From a virus (taxonomy: Duplodnaviria; Caudoviricetes), in IMG/VR virus record IMGVR_UViG_2931736537_000001, positions 77,695 through 141,694 of that record: a stretch of 64,000 bases of DNA. One strand, 5' to 3'. The position numbers and the translations under genes are program-made. Shown one piece after another: positions 8,591 to 18,461 of this stretch; position 1 is the first letter of the stretch, and each line of letters opens with the position of its first letter. Under the pieces are notes generated by a model that made no database searches, was not told where the DNA came from, and saw only the letters and a list, made by a program, of their open reading frames with translations.

Positions 8591-11500
8591 GCCCGCCCTC
8601 CTCGCTGGGCGTTGCGCAGCCGCCGCATGACCTCGGCGCCGAACTGCTCGGGTGTCGCGCCGGGAGCGGCGGCCATGGTGACGGGCATGCTGCCGATCAG
8701 CGCGGCAGGCTGGCGGATGACGATGACGCGGACCCGGCTGGACTGGGCGTCCTGGGCACCGGTAAGGGTGTAGCCGAACCGGCCGGCGACGTCGTCGAGC
8801 ACGGCGGTGGCGCGGTCGCGCCTGCCGAGGCCGAGGGGGATGTACGCCTCTCCCCCGGTGCTCGGCTCCGCGAAGCGGACCAGGCCGGCGCTGGTGGAGT
8901 AGATGCCCTCACGGATGCCGCCGTCCGCGAAGGCCAGGCCCTTGTTCGCCGCGCCGAGGTCAGCGAGAAATTTCGTCGCCCGGGAGCCGAGGGCGCTCTG
9001 GATCTGCGACTTCGCCAGGTTGGCGATGTCGATGATGTCCTCTTCGCTCAGCCCGGTCTTCTCGGCGACGTCGTGAATGCCCACCTTGCTGCTGGTGACG
9101 GCGGAGATGATCTGGACGAGGTCCTCGACCTGGTCGGAGCTGAGCGTGGTGTTGGCCTTCTTCGCCGCGCTGTTGGCCGCCGCAGCCTTCTTGTTGTCCT
9201 TGACCGCGGCCGCGGCCAGGTCGGCAGCGTCCTGGTCGTTCTGCTCGGCCAGGCGGGCTGCGAGGTCGCCGTAGCCGCGGGCGGCCAGGGTCGCCAGGTT
9301 CTTCTGGAACGCGGTCTGGTCCTTGACGGCGTCCGTGAGCTGCGAGGTGTATTCCGGCAGCGACGCCTTGGCCGCGTTGGCCAAGTTCTGCAGCTCCTTG
9401 GACATCTGCTTGAGGTACTTGGAGCTGCCGGTGGCCATCTGCCGGGTCAACTCGATGCCCTCGTCGCCCATCTCGGCGAGCGCGTCGGCGACGTCCTGGC
9501 CGGCCCGCCGGGCGACGGTGTCCAGATTCTTCCGCCACGCGGCAAGCGCGTTGTTCGACTGCGCGAGCTTCTTCGTGAAGATCGAGAGGCTGAAGTTGCC
9601 CTTCTTGTCGTTGGAGGCGTTGATCAGGCCGGACAGCGTGTACTTGTTCGCGGCCGTCCCGGACGACGAGTAGGAGAAGCTCATGCCGCCGTCGGCGTAG
9701 CGGGTGATGCCCCCGTCGGCGTTCCACGCGATTCCACTGGGGTCACCACCGAGGCGGCGTACAACTTCCTCGGTGATCCGACGCGACCGCGGGCGCTTTG
9801 ACCTGGCGAAAGGCACGTACGCCTCGCCGTGAGTCTCGTCCTCCGCCCATATGCGCCAGTCGCCGCCGCGGGCGATCTGCGCGATGTGGTTCTCGCGGCG
9901 CAGGCCGCCGTCGGCGTAGAAGTCGACGATGCCGCCGTCCGCCTGCGCACCGAAGTTCCTCGCCTGCTGTTCGATGAGGTCGGCGGTGGTCTGCGTCTGA
10001 GTGTGGACCGTCTCGTAGATGCTGACGTGCCGGGTGGTGATGGTGATGGATTTGTCGCTGAGGGCGTCCCGGGCGCCCTGCACGGCGCCGATGTTGGAAA
10101 GCGCCGTACCTGTCGCCGCGGTCACCACGACGCGGCCGTCGGGGAGGGTGCGGGTGGTGAAGCCCACCGCGTTCAGCGCCTGGATGGCCGTCTGCGACAG
10201 GGTCTTGACGGTGACGCTCTTTGCTCCGGGCGTGGCCCTGATCTTGGCGATCACCGCGTCGAGGTCCTGCACCGCGTTGGCGCTGTTCGCGTCAATGGTG
10301 ATCGTCTTGTTCTGCAGACCGTCGCGCGTCGCCTTGAGGCCCTCGAGGCGGTCCTTGGCCGTGCCGGTCTCCGCGGTCACCTCGAACTGGCCGTCGGGCA
10401 GCCGGGTGACCTCGAACCCGAGGGACTCCAGCACGGTGACGGCGTCCTTGGTGAGGGCGTCGACCTTCACGCTCTTGGCGTCCGGGGTCGCCTCGATCTG
10501 CTCGATGACCGCGTTCAGGCCGGCGAGCGCGTCTTCGTTTCGCATCTCCAGACGGGTCGTCTTCTCGTCCGGGATCTGCAGGTAGCTGTCGGCCAGCGCC
10601 TCGGCCTGTTCACGGGTCAGGCCCATGGTGTCGGCGGCGTCGATGAAGGTCTTGCGGCCCTTCTCGTAGATGCCGGTGACGTCTTCCCAGGAGCGGCCCT
10701 GCTCACGGGCGGCGGTGGTCGCCGCATCCGTGTTCGCCGCCAGTTCGCTGAGCGTCTTCTCGGCCTCGCGCGCCTTGTCGTTGCCCAGGTCGAGCTGCCC
10801 GTCCCGCATCTTGAGGACGTTGTGGTGTTCCTTCGCGGCCTTGGCGACGTCGTCGATCGAGGCTTCGAACGCGCTCATGGCGCTGCCGGCCTTACGGTTC
10901 ACGTCGTTGAGGGCGACGATGCTTTGCCGCAGACCGTCCGCGCTGGCCTTCTGGGCGTCCAGGCGGGCCTGGGTGTCCTGAGCGGCCTTGCCGAAGATCC
11001 CCATGCTGGCCGCTGCGAGCGACTGTTCGAACTCCAGGTCTTCGACTGCGGACTTGTACTGGTCCATCTGCCCGGTGAACTCACCGACGTCGTGGCCGCC
11101 CTTGGCGTACGCCTCCTTCAGCCGCTCGTACGCCGCGGCGGCCTGGTCGGCCTTGCCACCCTTCACCAGGTTGGCCAGGCCCTCGTCGATGGCGTCGAGG
11201 TTCTCCCGGGCCTCCTGCCACGGCGTGGAGTCCATCAGGGTGAGGCTGAAGATCTTGACCAGCGCGTTCTGGACGTTGTCGGCCGTGCTGGGGTCGGTGA
11301 TGTTGCGGATCTTGTCGTAGAGGTCGTCCAGGTCCTGACCGAAGTTCTTCGACAGCTCGCCGGTGACCTTCCCGGACTGGCCCAGCTTCCCCAGGGAGGT
11401 GGTGAGCCTGTCGATGTCCGGCGGAGCCTCCTTGCCCATCTCCATCAGCTCGTGGATCGCGGCGGCGGCCAGACCGATACCGGCGACGATGACGGAGGCC

Positions 11501-13221
11501 CGGGCGGCGGTGCCCAGGCTCAGGAAGGCCGCGCGCAGGCCGGCCAGGCCGCCGCCAGCGGCGACCGACGTGGCGTGCAGCGCGGCAATACGGGCCTGCA
11601 CGGTGGCCAGGCCGCCGGCTACCGCCGCGATACCGGCGCCGGCGAGCTGCACGAGCTTCAGCGCGGCGGCGACCTGGATGATCGTGCCGACCAGTTCCGG
11701 GGGCAGGGCCGCGACCAGCTTGGCGGCGGCGTTGACCAGGGTCAGCATCGTGGGTCCGGCCTCTGCGGCGCCCTCGAACAGGTTGCCCACGGCGTCGCCG
11801 AGGTTGGACAGCGTCTCGCGGGCCTCGTCGCCGTTGGCCCGGATGTAGTCCATGACCTGGGCCAGGGGGCCGCCGACCTCGCCTTCGGACATCAGCCGCA
11901 GGACGTGCACGAGCCGGTCGCCCATCCGGTCCAGGGTCTGGTCCGTGAAGTCGGCGAACCGGTCGCTGGCTGCGTCGAAGCCGGGCGTATTCACTGCTCC
12001 GCCCGCGAGGGTGACGAGCCGGTCCAGCTCCCGGGACGCCGACTTCACCTCAGGCGTGAGGTGCGGCAGCAGCGCGTCCATGAGCGCCAGTGAGTGGATG
12101 ACCGGCTGCATGGTGGAACCGCTGAGACTGTCCGACCACTGCTGGTAGTTGTCCTTCAGCTCGGCCAGGGCCATCGCGGCGCGCTGTGCCTCGGGCGGGA
12201 GCTGGGCGAGCTGGGACTGGTACTCCGCCTGCGCTTCGGCGGCCTTCTGCGAGGTCGCGCCGTGCTGGCGCACCGCGTCCTGGTACTTCGTCGCGGCGTC
12301 CGACACCTCGGAGATGGCGGTGAGCTGCCCGGCGACGGCCAACCCGAAGGCGGTGGCCGCGGCGCCGGACGCGGCGAAGATGCCGGGCAGCGGGGCGAGG
12401 GCGGTCGCCAGCGGGATGACTGCCGGCGCGAGCAGCATGAGGCCCTGGAGGCCGCCGCCCGCGTCGCCGCCACCACCGCCGCCGCCGAGCGTGCGGGGTA
12501 GGTCTCCCAGGCCGCTGGTATCGGCGCGGACCCGGACGGTGATGGTCTGGTCCGTCTGCGCCCAGCGCACGGCGGCGCTGACGTCCCGGCGCAGTTGCAT
12601 CGGGTCCGCGAGCCCGATCGGGATGTCGATGCGGTGGCCCCACGAGGCCCAGCGCACGGCGTTCTGTACGTCCCGGCGCAGTTGCTGAGCGTCGACGAGC
12701 CGTAGACCGACGGCCAGGCCACGGTCGGGGTCGGCGCCGCCCACTGCGGCCTGTACCTCGGCGCGCAGGCTGCTTCCGTTGCCCCGCAGTCCGATCGGCA
12801 CTTCGATGCGGTGGCCCCACGAGGCCCAGCGCACGGCGTTCTGCACGTCCCGGCGCAGTTGCTGAGCGTCGGCGAGCCGCAGACCGACGGCCAGGCCCTG
12901 GCCGGTGCCGGCGGCACCGACCGCGGCCTGTACGTCGCTGCGCAGGGTCGCCGCGTCGACGCGGAGCCCGACGTGGATGTCCGAGGTTGCCTCGCGACGC
13001 AGCTCGGCCAGTTCCCGGCGAAGGTCACTGACGTCGCCGCGGGCGTCGCGGACCTCCCGGGCCAGCGTCGTCAGGCTGCCGCTGCCCAGGGCGTCCAGGT
13101 TCCGGCGGGCGTCGGCCAGTTCGCGGGAGAGGTCGCGGGCCTGGTTGGTGGAGCGGCGCAGGGTGCGCACGAGGTTGTCGCTGTTGCCGGTCAGGGAGAC
13201 CGACAGGTTCCAGGCGACCAC
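8587..13221 (-). CDS. Tape measure protein
   Basis: ~1544 aa, Ala/Leu-rich helical, ADGG..GEAY.P motifs; GTG start after RBS AGGAGG; follows the tail chaperones. Confidence 0.9.
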   Translation of the reverse strand: MVAWNLSVSLTGNSDNLVRTLRRSTNQARDLSRELADARRNLDALGSGSLTTLAREVRDARGDVSDLRRELAELRREATSDIHVGLRVDAATLRSDVQAAVGAAGTGQGLAVGLRLADAQQLRRDVQNAVRWASWGHRIEVPIGLRGNGSSLRAEVQAAVGGADPDRGLAVGLRLVDAQQLRRDVQNAVRWASWGHRIDIPIGLADPMQLRRDVSAAVRWAQTDQTITVRVRADTSGLGDLPRTLGGGGGGGDAGGGLQGLMLLAPAVIPLATALAPLPGIFAASGAAATAFGLAVAGQLTAISEVSDAATKYQDAVRQHGATSQKAAEAQAEYQSQLAQLPPEAQRAAMALAELKDNYQQWSDSLSGSTMQPVIHSLALMDALLPHLTPEVKSASRELDRLVTLAGGAVNTPGFDAASDRFADFTDQTLDRMGDRLVHVLRLMSEGEVGGPLAQVMDYIRANGDEARETLSNLGDAVGNLFEGAAEAGPTMLTLVNAAAKLVAALPPELVGTIIQVAAALKLVQLAGAGIAAVAGGLATVQARIAALHATSVAAGGGLAGLRAAFLSLGTAARASVIVAGIGLAAAAIHELMEMGKEAPPDIDRLTTSLGKLGQSGKVTGELSKNFGQDLDDLYDKIRNITDPSTADNVQNALVKIFSLTLMDSTPWQEARENLDAIDEGLANLVKGGKADQAAAAYERLKEAYAKGGHDVGEFTGQMDQYKSAVEDLEFEQSLAAASMGIFGKAAQDTQARLDAQKASADGLRQSIVALNDVNRKAGSAMSAFEASIDDVAKAAKEHHNVLKMRDGQLDLGNDKAREAEKTLSELAANTDAATTAAREQGRSWEDVTGIYEKGRKTFIDAADTMGLTREQAEALADSYLQIPDEKTTRLEMRNEDALAGLNAVIEQIEATPDAKSVKVDALTKDAVTVLESLGFEVTRLPDGQFEVTAETGTAKDRLEGLKATRDGLQNKTITIDANSANAVQDLDAVIAKIRATPGAKSVTVKTLSQTAIQALNAVGFTTRTLPDGRVVVTAATGTALSNIGAVQGARDALSDKSITITTRHVSIYETVHTQTQTTADLIEQQARNFGAQADGGIVDFYADGGLRRENHIAQIARGGDWRIWAEDETHGEAYVPFARSKRPRSRRITEEVVRRLGGDPSGIAWNADGGITRYADGGMSFSYSSSGTAANKYTLSGLINASNDKKGNFSLSIFTKKLAQSNNALAAWRKNLDTVARRAGQDVADALAEMGDEGIELTRQMATGSSKYLKQMSKELQNLANAAKASLPEYTSQLTDAVKDQTAFQKNLATLAARGYGDLAARLAEQNDQDAADLAAAAVKDNKKAAAANSAAKKANTTLSSDQVEDLVQIISAVTSSKVGIHDVAEKTGLSEEDIIDIANLAKSQIQSALGSRATKFLADLGAANKGLAFADGGIREGIYSTSAGLVRFAEPSTGGEAYIPLGLGRRDRATAVLDDVAGRFGYTLTGAQDAQSSRVRVIVIRQPAALIGSMPVTMAAAPGATPEQFGAEVMRRLRNAQRGGRA
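12575..12905 (-). repeat. Internal repeats in the tape measure N-terminus
   Basis: GLAVGLRL.DAQQLRRDVQNAVRWASWGHRI..PIGL twice (180-bp period) plus a partial third copy. Confidence 0.8.
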
Positions 13222-13244
13222 CGCCGCTTCCTCCTTCCTGGCTG

Positions 13245-13628
13245 CTACCTGCGGTGGTCCCGGAGTGCACGCGCCCGGGTGCGCATTTCGTACACGGCCC
13301 TGGGGAGCAGGCCGACCTTGACGCCGAAGCCGTGCGGTCCGTCCGGAACGTTTTCGCGTTCGTGGGCGATCAGTTCGCAGCCGGGGCAGCGGCTGGTGGA
13401 GCTGACGTAGGCGAACCGGTCGCCGCCGGCGTCTTCGTCCCACTCGTCGCTGCGGGTTCCGCACGACGCGCAGGTCGCCCGCATCAGGTCCTGGTAGGCG
13501 AGGGCCTTGGCGCGGTCGGCGGGGCTCCAGGTGCCGTCACCGCCGTGGAACTGGCTGTGCGGGATGCCCCACCGGTCACAGAGTTCGAGTTCGGCTCTCA
13601 GCCGCGGGTCGGCCCGGAGCCTTTTCCC
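13245..13628 (-). CDS. Tail assembly chaperone, -1 frameshift extension (gpT-like)
   Basis: No convincing own start; entered via G GGA AAA at 13628-13622; carries two CxxC pairs. Confidence 0.75.
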   Translation of the reverse strand, partial: GKRLRADPRLRAELELCDRWGIPHSQFHGGDGTWSPADRAKALAYQDLMRATCASCGTRSDEWDEDAGGDRFAYVSSTSRCPGCELIAHERENVPDGPHGFGVKVGLLPRAVYEMRTRARALRDHRR

Positions 13629-14167
13629 CAGTCGCTCCGCCGTGTGTTCTGCGCCGAGAGGGCGGCCTGGAACAGGCCGGCACGGTCGGCCACGCCCCAG
13701 GTGGCGAGCAGCTCTGCTGCGTCGTCCTCGGTCATGGGGTCGACGCTGGCGGCGGCGACCAGCGCGGCGGGGAAGGTGTCCTCGTTCCAGTCGCTGCCGT
13801 TCTCGGCCTGCTCTTCGGTCGGGGGGTGTGCCTTGACGAGCTTGGTGAAGGTGTCGCCGGGCAGGGACCGGAAGACGAGGACCTCGCAGTCCGCCTCGTG
13901 GGCCGTCCGGGCCTCTTCCAGGGCCTTCTCCGCGGCGTCGGCGGCCACGGCCAGTTCGGCGTCCTCCGGGGCGGCCTCGGCGTGCTTGCGGGCGCGCTGG
14001 GCGAAGCGGCGGGCTTCCTCGAACTTCTCCCGCAGCGCCTGGTCCTGCCACAGGTACAGGGGGACTTCGGCGGCGGCCCGGGCCTTGAGGCGGGCCATCT
14101 TCTGCGCCCAGTGGGCGTCGGCAGCCACGGCCTTGGCGGGCGGTTCGTTGTGGATGGCGGCGCTCAC
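13598..14167 (-). CDS. Tail assembly chaperone (gpG-like)
   Basis: Between major tail and tape measure genes; AHPPTEEQ, WNEDTFPAALVAA; ends after the slippery site. Confidence 0.85.
   Translation of the reverse strand: MSAAIHNEPPAKAVAADAHWAQKMARLKARAAAEVPLYLWQDQALREKFEEARRFAQRARKHAEAAPEDAELAVAADAAEKALEEARTAHEADCEVLVFRSLPGDTFTKLVKAHPPTEEQAENGSDWNEDTFPAALVAAASVDPMTEDDAAELLATWGVADRAGLFQAALSAQNTRRSDWGKGSGPTRG
13622..13628 (-). other. Programmed -1 ribosomal frameshift site GGGAAAA
   Basis: TGG GGA AAA GGC (W G K G) in frame 0; the -1 frame continues G K R L R A D P to the stop at 13245. Confidence 0.85.
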
Positions 14168-14709
14168 TGGGCCAGCTCCTTCTTCGCGCGGTTCGTGACG
14201 GTCTGGGCGCCGGCGGCGGCGGGCACGGCGAGGCCCTGCTTCGGGCGGCGGGTGATGGTGAATTTGGTCTCGAACTTCGCGGCTTCGTTGTCGGTGCTGT
14301 ACGCGGGCGACTGGGAGCCGACGCGGATCGGGAAGACGTCCATGGACTTGCTGGCGGGGACGTCGCCCTTGCGCAGGATGACGATGTTGCCGACGGTGCC
14401 CTTCTTCAGGAGCTCCTCGATGACGGCCGTCACCTTGTCCTCGTAGAAGGTGAAGGACGAGTCCTCGGCCTTGTCGGAGCCGGGGATGGAGCTGTCGAAG
14501 TCGTCGCTCATGTCCGGCGTCTCGATGCTCTGGTTCTCGAGCGTGAAACCGGAGATGCCGGCGATCGCCGCGGACAGGTTGGTGCCCGCGTCGAGTTCGG
14601 CACGGGTGGGGGTGAGGTCCGTCGTATCGGCGATCTCGGGGACGAACAGGAAGATGGAGACGCCGCGCCGGGAGAACTTCTCGACCGGCGTGGCTGCGGG
14701 CAGTGCCAT
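14164..14709 (-). CDS. Major tail (tube) protein
   Basis: PTRAELDAG.NLS..IAGISGF...TPDM...F.SSIPG.D...DSSFTFYED. Confidence 0.85.
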   Translation of the reverse strand: MALPAATPVEKFSRRGVSIFLFVPEIADTTDLTPTRAELDAGTNLSAAIAGISGFTLENQSIETPDMSDDFDSSIPGSDKAEDSSFTFYEDKVTAVIEELLKKGTVGNIVILRKGDVPASKSMDVFPIRVGSQSPAYSTDNEAAKFETKFTITRRPKQGLAVPAAAGAQTVTNRAKKELAQ

Positions 14710-14810
14710 GAGGAAGCCCCTCGGGTCTGAGCGTGTCAGAACTGGTTGGCCACCTGGTACTGGTGGCTCGTCCGCGTGAGGGGCCGCCGCGGTGCGGAGT
14801 GGCCGGACGG

Positions 14811-15245
14811 TCAGCCGGCCGATCGGGTCCAGCGGAGCCGGAACCTGATCACATAGAAAACGATAGCCGCGGCTGCGTCCTCCTCCGGTCCAGCGTCGAG
14901 GTCCAGGTCGCGGGCGTAGCAGGACCATCCCGGCACGGCGAGGGCGTGCAGCCACCCCCCTCGGTCGTCGCGGCCGAGGACGCCGGTGCGGGCCCGGTCG
15001 CCGAGCCACTCGGCCTGGGCGTGATTGCGGGCCACGCAGTCGACCTGGTACACGGTGTCGGCGTCCTCGTGCCGGTCGGTGAACGGGGCGCCGGCCAGGG
15101 TGAGGGGCAGGGAACGGAGCACGCTGTACGGCGGCTCGGCCGGCTTTCCGCCGACCTGGGGCAGTGCACCCGTGCCGCACGGTTTCCCGGTCGCCGCGGC
15201 GAGCAGCCCCTGCAGCGCGGTCGTCACGAGGCGGCGTTCGATCAC
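14811..15245 (-). CDS. Tail terminator-like protein
   Basis: PPYSVL, YQVDCVA..H.QAEWL.DR; precedes the major tail gene. Confidence 0.65.
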   Translation of the reverse strand: MIERRLVTTALQGLLAAATGKPCGTGALPQVGGKPAEPPYSVLRSLPLTLAGAPFTDRHEDADTVYQVDCVARNHAQAEWLGDRARTGVLGRDDRGGWLHALAVPGWSCYARDLDLDAGPEEDAAAAIVFYVIRFRLRWTRSAG

Positions 15246-15649
15246 GCGAGTGCCTCCATCGCGGCGGTGCCGATCCGCTCGGCGAAGCGTGGCCGGACCA
15301 CGGCGAGGGCTGGCGCGACGTGCGGGAAGGGCGGTTGGGCGTAGACGCGTCCCAGGGAGTCGGCGCCGTAGAAGCCGAGTTCGAGCCGGCGGCCCTGCGG
15401 TGCAAAGGTCCCCACGATGGCGGTCGCCCCGTTCCCGTGGGGGAACACCTGTGTCTGCCAACTGGCGCGGTAGCGGCCGGTGATGACGTTCGGCCCGGGC
15501 CGGCCGCTCGCGGCGGCCTGGATGAGGTGCTGCAGCAGGAGCGCCTCGTGCCGGACCGCCTGTTCGGTCGCCAGCCCCACCCGAGCGGCGGCCTGGGCCA
15601 TAGCGGCGGCGAGTTGGTCGGGGTCGGTGAAGTACCGGGTGGTGGTCAC
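15242..15649 (-). CDS. HK97 gp10-like neck protein
   Basis: ASGRPGPNVITGRYRASW, RRLELGF, PPFPH..PAL. Confidence 0.8.
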   Translation of the reverse strand: MTTTRYFTDPDQLAAAMAQAAARVGLATEQAVRHEALLLQHLIQAAASGRPGPNVITGRYRASWQTQVFPHGNGATAIVGTFAPQGRRLELGFYGADSLGRVYAQPPFPHVAPALAVVRPRFAERIGTAAMEALA

Positions 15650-16071
15650 GGGCTGCCTCCTCTCGGGTTGCTCTCGTCGACCCAGGTCACGCGGACTGCG
15701 ATGACCGTGGCGGCCTGGCCCGGCTGGGTACAGCGCCAGGAGCGGCCGAGCAGGGCCGGGTCCTGCGCGGCCTGCAGGACCTGCACGGTGTCGTCCCGTT
15801 CGGCGACCGGCGCGTCCGCCGGGGTGATGAGCCGGTAGGCGGTCCGGGGATCGTCCGGGTACGGCTGGGTGGCGACGGGTGCGGTGATGCCGGGTGCCGC
15901 ACTGGCGTCGAAGAGGGCGCCCGGGCCCTCGTAGACGACGGCCGGTGGCGGGTCCTCCAACTCGCCGGTGGCCGGGTTGAGGACCGGCGGGCCGGCGGGC
16001 CGGCTGATCCGCACGGTGTCGCCCATCACCAGGTCCTGGACGAGCGCCCCGAGGAAGCTCAGGTCCAGCAT
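15646..16071 (-). CDS. Head-tail stopper (DUF6093-like)
   Basis: MGDTVRISRP...NPATGE....VVYEGPG; synteny. Confidence 0.7.
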   Translation of the reverse strand: MLDLSFLGALVQDLVMGDTVRISRPAGPPVLNPATGELEDPPPAVVYEGPGALFDASAAPGITAPVATQPYPDDPRTAYRLITPADAPVAERDDTVQVLQAAQDPALLGRSWRCTQPGQAATVIAVRVTWVDESNPRGGSP

Positions 16072-16073
16072 GC

Positions 16074-16451
16074 TCAGCCGTCACCCCCTGCCCAGGCGGC
16101 GAGCTGGCGGAGTAGGGCGCTGGTCAGCTCGGTGGGGCTCCCGTCGAGGTCGTCACGGTCCAGGACGGCCCGCTGCAGGCGGGCGGGGTCGACGCTGGCC
16201 AGGAATGCCGCGATGGCCTCGGCCGGTGGTGTCTCGCTGGCCACGGCAATCTGTGCGTGGCCGTCGAAGACGGCGCCGGCGTTCGGCCGGGCGTAGAGCA
16301 CGAGCAGCGGGGGCTGGTTGGCCCGGTGCTCGAGGGTGTAGCCGGACAGTGCGCCGGTCACGTCGGTCCCGTCGAGGGTGACGGCGGCGCGCACCCCTTC
16401 GGTGGTGATGCGTACGGCGTGCAGGTCGTCGGCCAGGCTGGCGTTGTTCAT
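16074..16451 (-). CDS. Hypothetical protein
   Basis: 125-aa ORF packed in the morphogenesis operon. Confidence 0.6.
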   Translation of the reverse strand: MNNASLADDLHAVRITTEGVRAAVTLDGTDVTGALSGYTLEHRANQPPLLVLYARPNAGAVFDGHAQIAVASETPPAEAIAAFLASVDPARLQRAVLDRDDLDGSPTELTSALLRQLAAWAGGDG

Positions 16452-16486
16452 ACGGTGGGCATCCTGATCAGTCGGTTGGCCGGTGG

Positions 16487-16684
16487 TTACTCGTCGTCGG
16501 GGGCGCGCTCGGTGTCAGTACTGACGGAGAACCCGAACGGGGTCTCGGCCTGCTCCTCCTGGTCGCCGGGCATGGCGGCCAGCAGACGGAGTGCGACTCC
16601 TTCGGCAGCCTTCAGCGCGGCCTGGGTGTTCTGGCCCAGCTCGATGTCGATCTCACGGCCGGGTGCGCGGACGGTCAGGCGCAT
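16487..16684 (-). CDS. Hypothetical protein
   Basis: 65 aa, RBS AAGGG, overlaps the upstream gene. Confidence 0.55.
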   Translation of the reverse strand: MRLTVRAPGREIDIELGQNTQAALKAAEGVALRLLAAMPGDQEEQAETPFGFSVSTDTERAPDDE

Positions 16685-16929
16685 CGGGTGTCGCCCTTCT
16701 GCTGGTTGGGCCAGTGCCAGGTGCCGCCGGTCAGCGGGACGGGCTCGGCGTGCGGCAGCGGGCCGCTGCAGAAGAAGCCCTCGGGGCTGAAGACGGTGAG
16801 GGTGGGCTGGTCGACGTCGTCGACGGCGGTGACGATCGCCGCCCGGCAGGTGCTGGGGTACTGGCCGTCGGCGCTGCCGCGGGCGACGTAGTGGACGATG
16901 CGGCCGATGACCAAGGGCTGGCTGCTCAT
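16675..16929 (-). CDS. Hypothetical phage protein
   Basis: MSSQPLVIGRIVHYV...CRAAIVT...GGTWHWP; RBS GAGGAGG; ATGA overlap. Confidence 0.7.
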   Translation of the reverse strand: MSSQPLVIGRIVHYVARGSADGQYPSTCRAAIVTAVDDVDQPTLTVFSPEGFFCSGPLPHAEPVPLTGGTWHWPNQQKGDTRCA

Positions 16930-17777
16930 GAGTGCTGTCCCTCCTCGATGGCGGGGTCTTCGTTGAGGTCCGGGCGGGGGATGAAGCGGCGGAGGCAGCC
17001 GGGGTGCGCGATCGGGTGGGCGGCGGCCTCCTCGGCGGAGCGGAAGGTGTTGTGGGCCAGGTCGGGGTCGGTGTGGACGGTCCATCCGCACTCCGGGCCG
17101 TCGGTGACGTGCACCCAGTGCGCTGCCAGGTCCGCCGTGGTCGCGGTCAGCGCCCCGGTGTTGGCGACGGTGACGGCCTGGGCGGTCAGGGCAGTGCGGG
17201 CCCAGGAGAAGGCCGGGTGCCGGGCGCCGTGCTCGTAGGTGACGGTGTCCAGCGGGTGGGCAGCGGCCAGGTCCTCGGTATCCGGTGAGGTAGTCGAACG
17301 GGCGGCGGAGGTGACGGCCCGGGCGAAGGCTTGGGCGCGGCGGACGGTGTCCGTGACCCGGCGCATGAGCGCGGAGTAGCAGGCGTCGGTCAGTACGCTC
17401 AGCACGTCCTGGTGGGTCGACGTCCAGTCAAAGGACGGCCGCCGGCGGCCGGGGGCGAGAACGGCGGTGCGCAGGGCGTCCTCGGCTCCCAGCCGGTAGG
17501 CCCAGGGCAGGTCGACGGCGGTCCACCGTTCGAAGAGGGCACCGATGTCGGTGCTGAAGCGGCGGGTCGCCGTGGTGAAGACTTTCAGGGCGTCGCGTAC
17601 GGCCAGGGGCACGGAGCCGGGCCGGAGGCCTCGGCGGCGGGCGCCGGCCAGCGCGCGGAGTACCGTCTGCTGGGCTGTGGTCAGCCGGGTCCAGCCGCGC
17701 TCGAGCTGCTCCAGTGCCGCGCGGATCAGTTGCCGCAGCGCCTCGTTGCGGGTGGGCTCGCCCGGTGGGGTGGTCAT
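16926..17777 (-). CDS. Minor capsid / MuF-like head morphogenesis protein
   Basis: VTDGPECGW..H.DPD.A and HPIAHPGCLRRF C-terminus. Confidence 0.65.
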   Translation of the reverse strand: MTTPPGEPTRNEALRQLIRAALEQLERGWTRLTTAQQTVLRALAGARRRGLRPGSVPLAVRDALKVFTTATRRFSTDIGALFERWTAVDLPWAYRLGAEDALRTAVLAPGRRRPSFDWTSTHQDVLSVLTDACYSALMRRVTDTVRRAQAFARAVTSAARSTTSPDTEDLAAAHPLDTVTYEHGARHPAFSWARTALTAQAVTVANTGALTATTADLAAHWVHVTDGPECGWTVHTDPDLAHNTFRSAEEAAAHPIAHPGCLRRFIPRPDLNEDPAIEEGQHS

Positions 17778-18106
17778 CGGCGGGGCCGCTCGCGCAGGCG
17801 CAGGATGCCGCTGCTCTGTTCGGTGCCCTCGCCCGGTGTCTCCTCGCCGGGCACGGGCGTGGTCGGGTCCTCGAGTTCGGCGATGAGCCGGTCCAGGACG
17901 GCGACGTTGCCACTGGTGTCGACGGACACCACGCCGCTGAGGGTGACCTTCAGCGGCTGCGCGATGAGCGACGCGCGGCGTTCGCGCAGCACCTCGAGCG
18001 CCACGGCCCGCAGCGAGTGCAGTCGGGTGTAGCGCGTCTCGAGGTCGGTGGTGTCGGTGGCCGGGCCGAGGGTGGCCAGCAGCCATCGGCGGGATGCTTC
18101 ATCCAC
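17774..18106 (-). CDS. Head-tail adaptor-like protein
   Basis: DLETRYTRL.S.RAVALEVLRERRA; position after the capsid gene. Confidence 0.55.
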   Translation of the reverse strand: MDEASRRWLLATLGPATDTTDLETRYTRLHSLRAVALEVLRERRASLIAQPLKVTLSGVVSVDTSGNVAVLDRLIAELEDPTTPVPGEETPGEGTEQSSGILRLRERPRR

Positions 18107-18192
18107 GGGACAGCCCCAGCTGGTGGGAAGGGGTGTCCGGTGCAGGGCGGGCGAGGACGGGTCCCGCCCTGCACCGGACGTGAGGGGCCGAC

Positions 18193-18459
18193 TTACTCGT
18201 CGGTCTTGGAGGCCGGGCGGCGGGCGCGCGGCTTCTTCTCCAGCTCCTGGTCGGCCGGCTTCTGCGCGCCCGGGTCGGCGCCCGGGACGGCGTCCTTCTC
18301 GGCGCTGTCGCCCAGGTCGGGGAGCTTGCCGTCCTCCCACGCGGACGCCGTGGTGATGAGGGCGGCCAGCCGCGCCTCGGGCTCGGTGCCGGCGTCGCAG
18401 GTGACCCACTGATGGGTCTCGGGGTCCTTGACGTAGACGGTGGCGATGAGTCGGGCCAT
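18193..18459 (-). CDS. Small capsid-adjacent hypothetical protein
   Basis: MARLIATVYVKDP..., 2 nt after the capsid stop. Confidence 0.65.
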   Translation of the reverse strand: MARLIATVYVKDPETHQWVTCDAGTEPEARLAALITTASAWEDGKLPDLGDSAEKDAVPGADPGAQKPADQELEKKPRARRPASKTDE

Positions 18460-18461
18460 GG

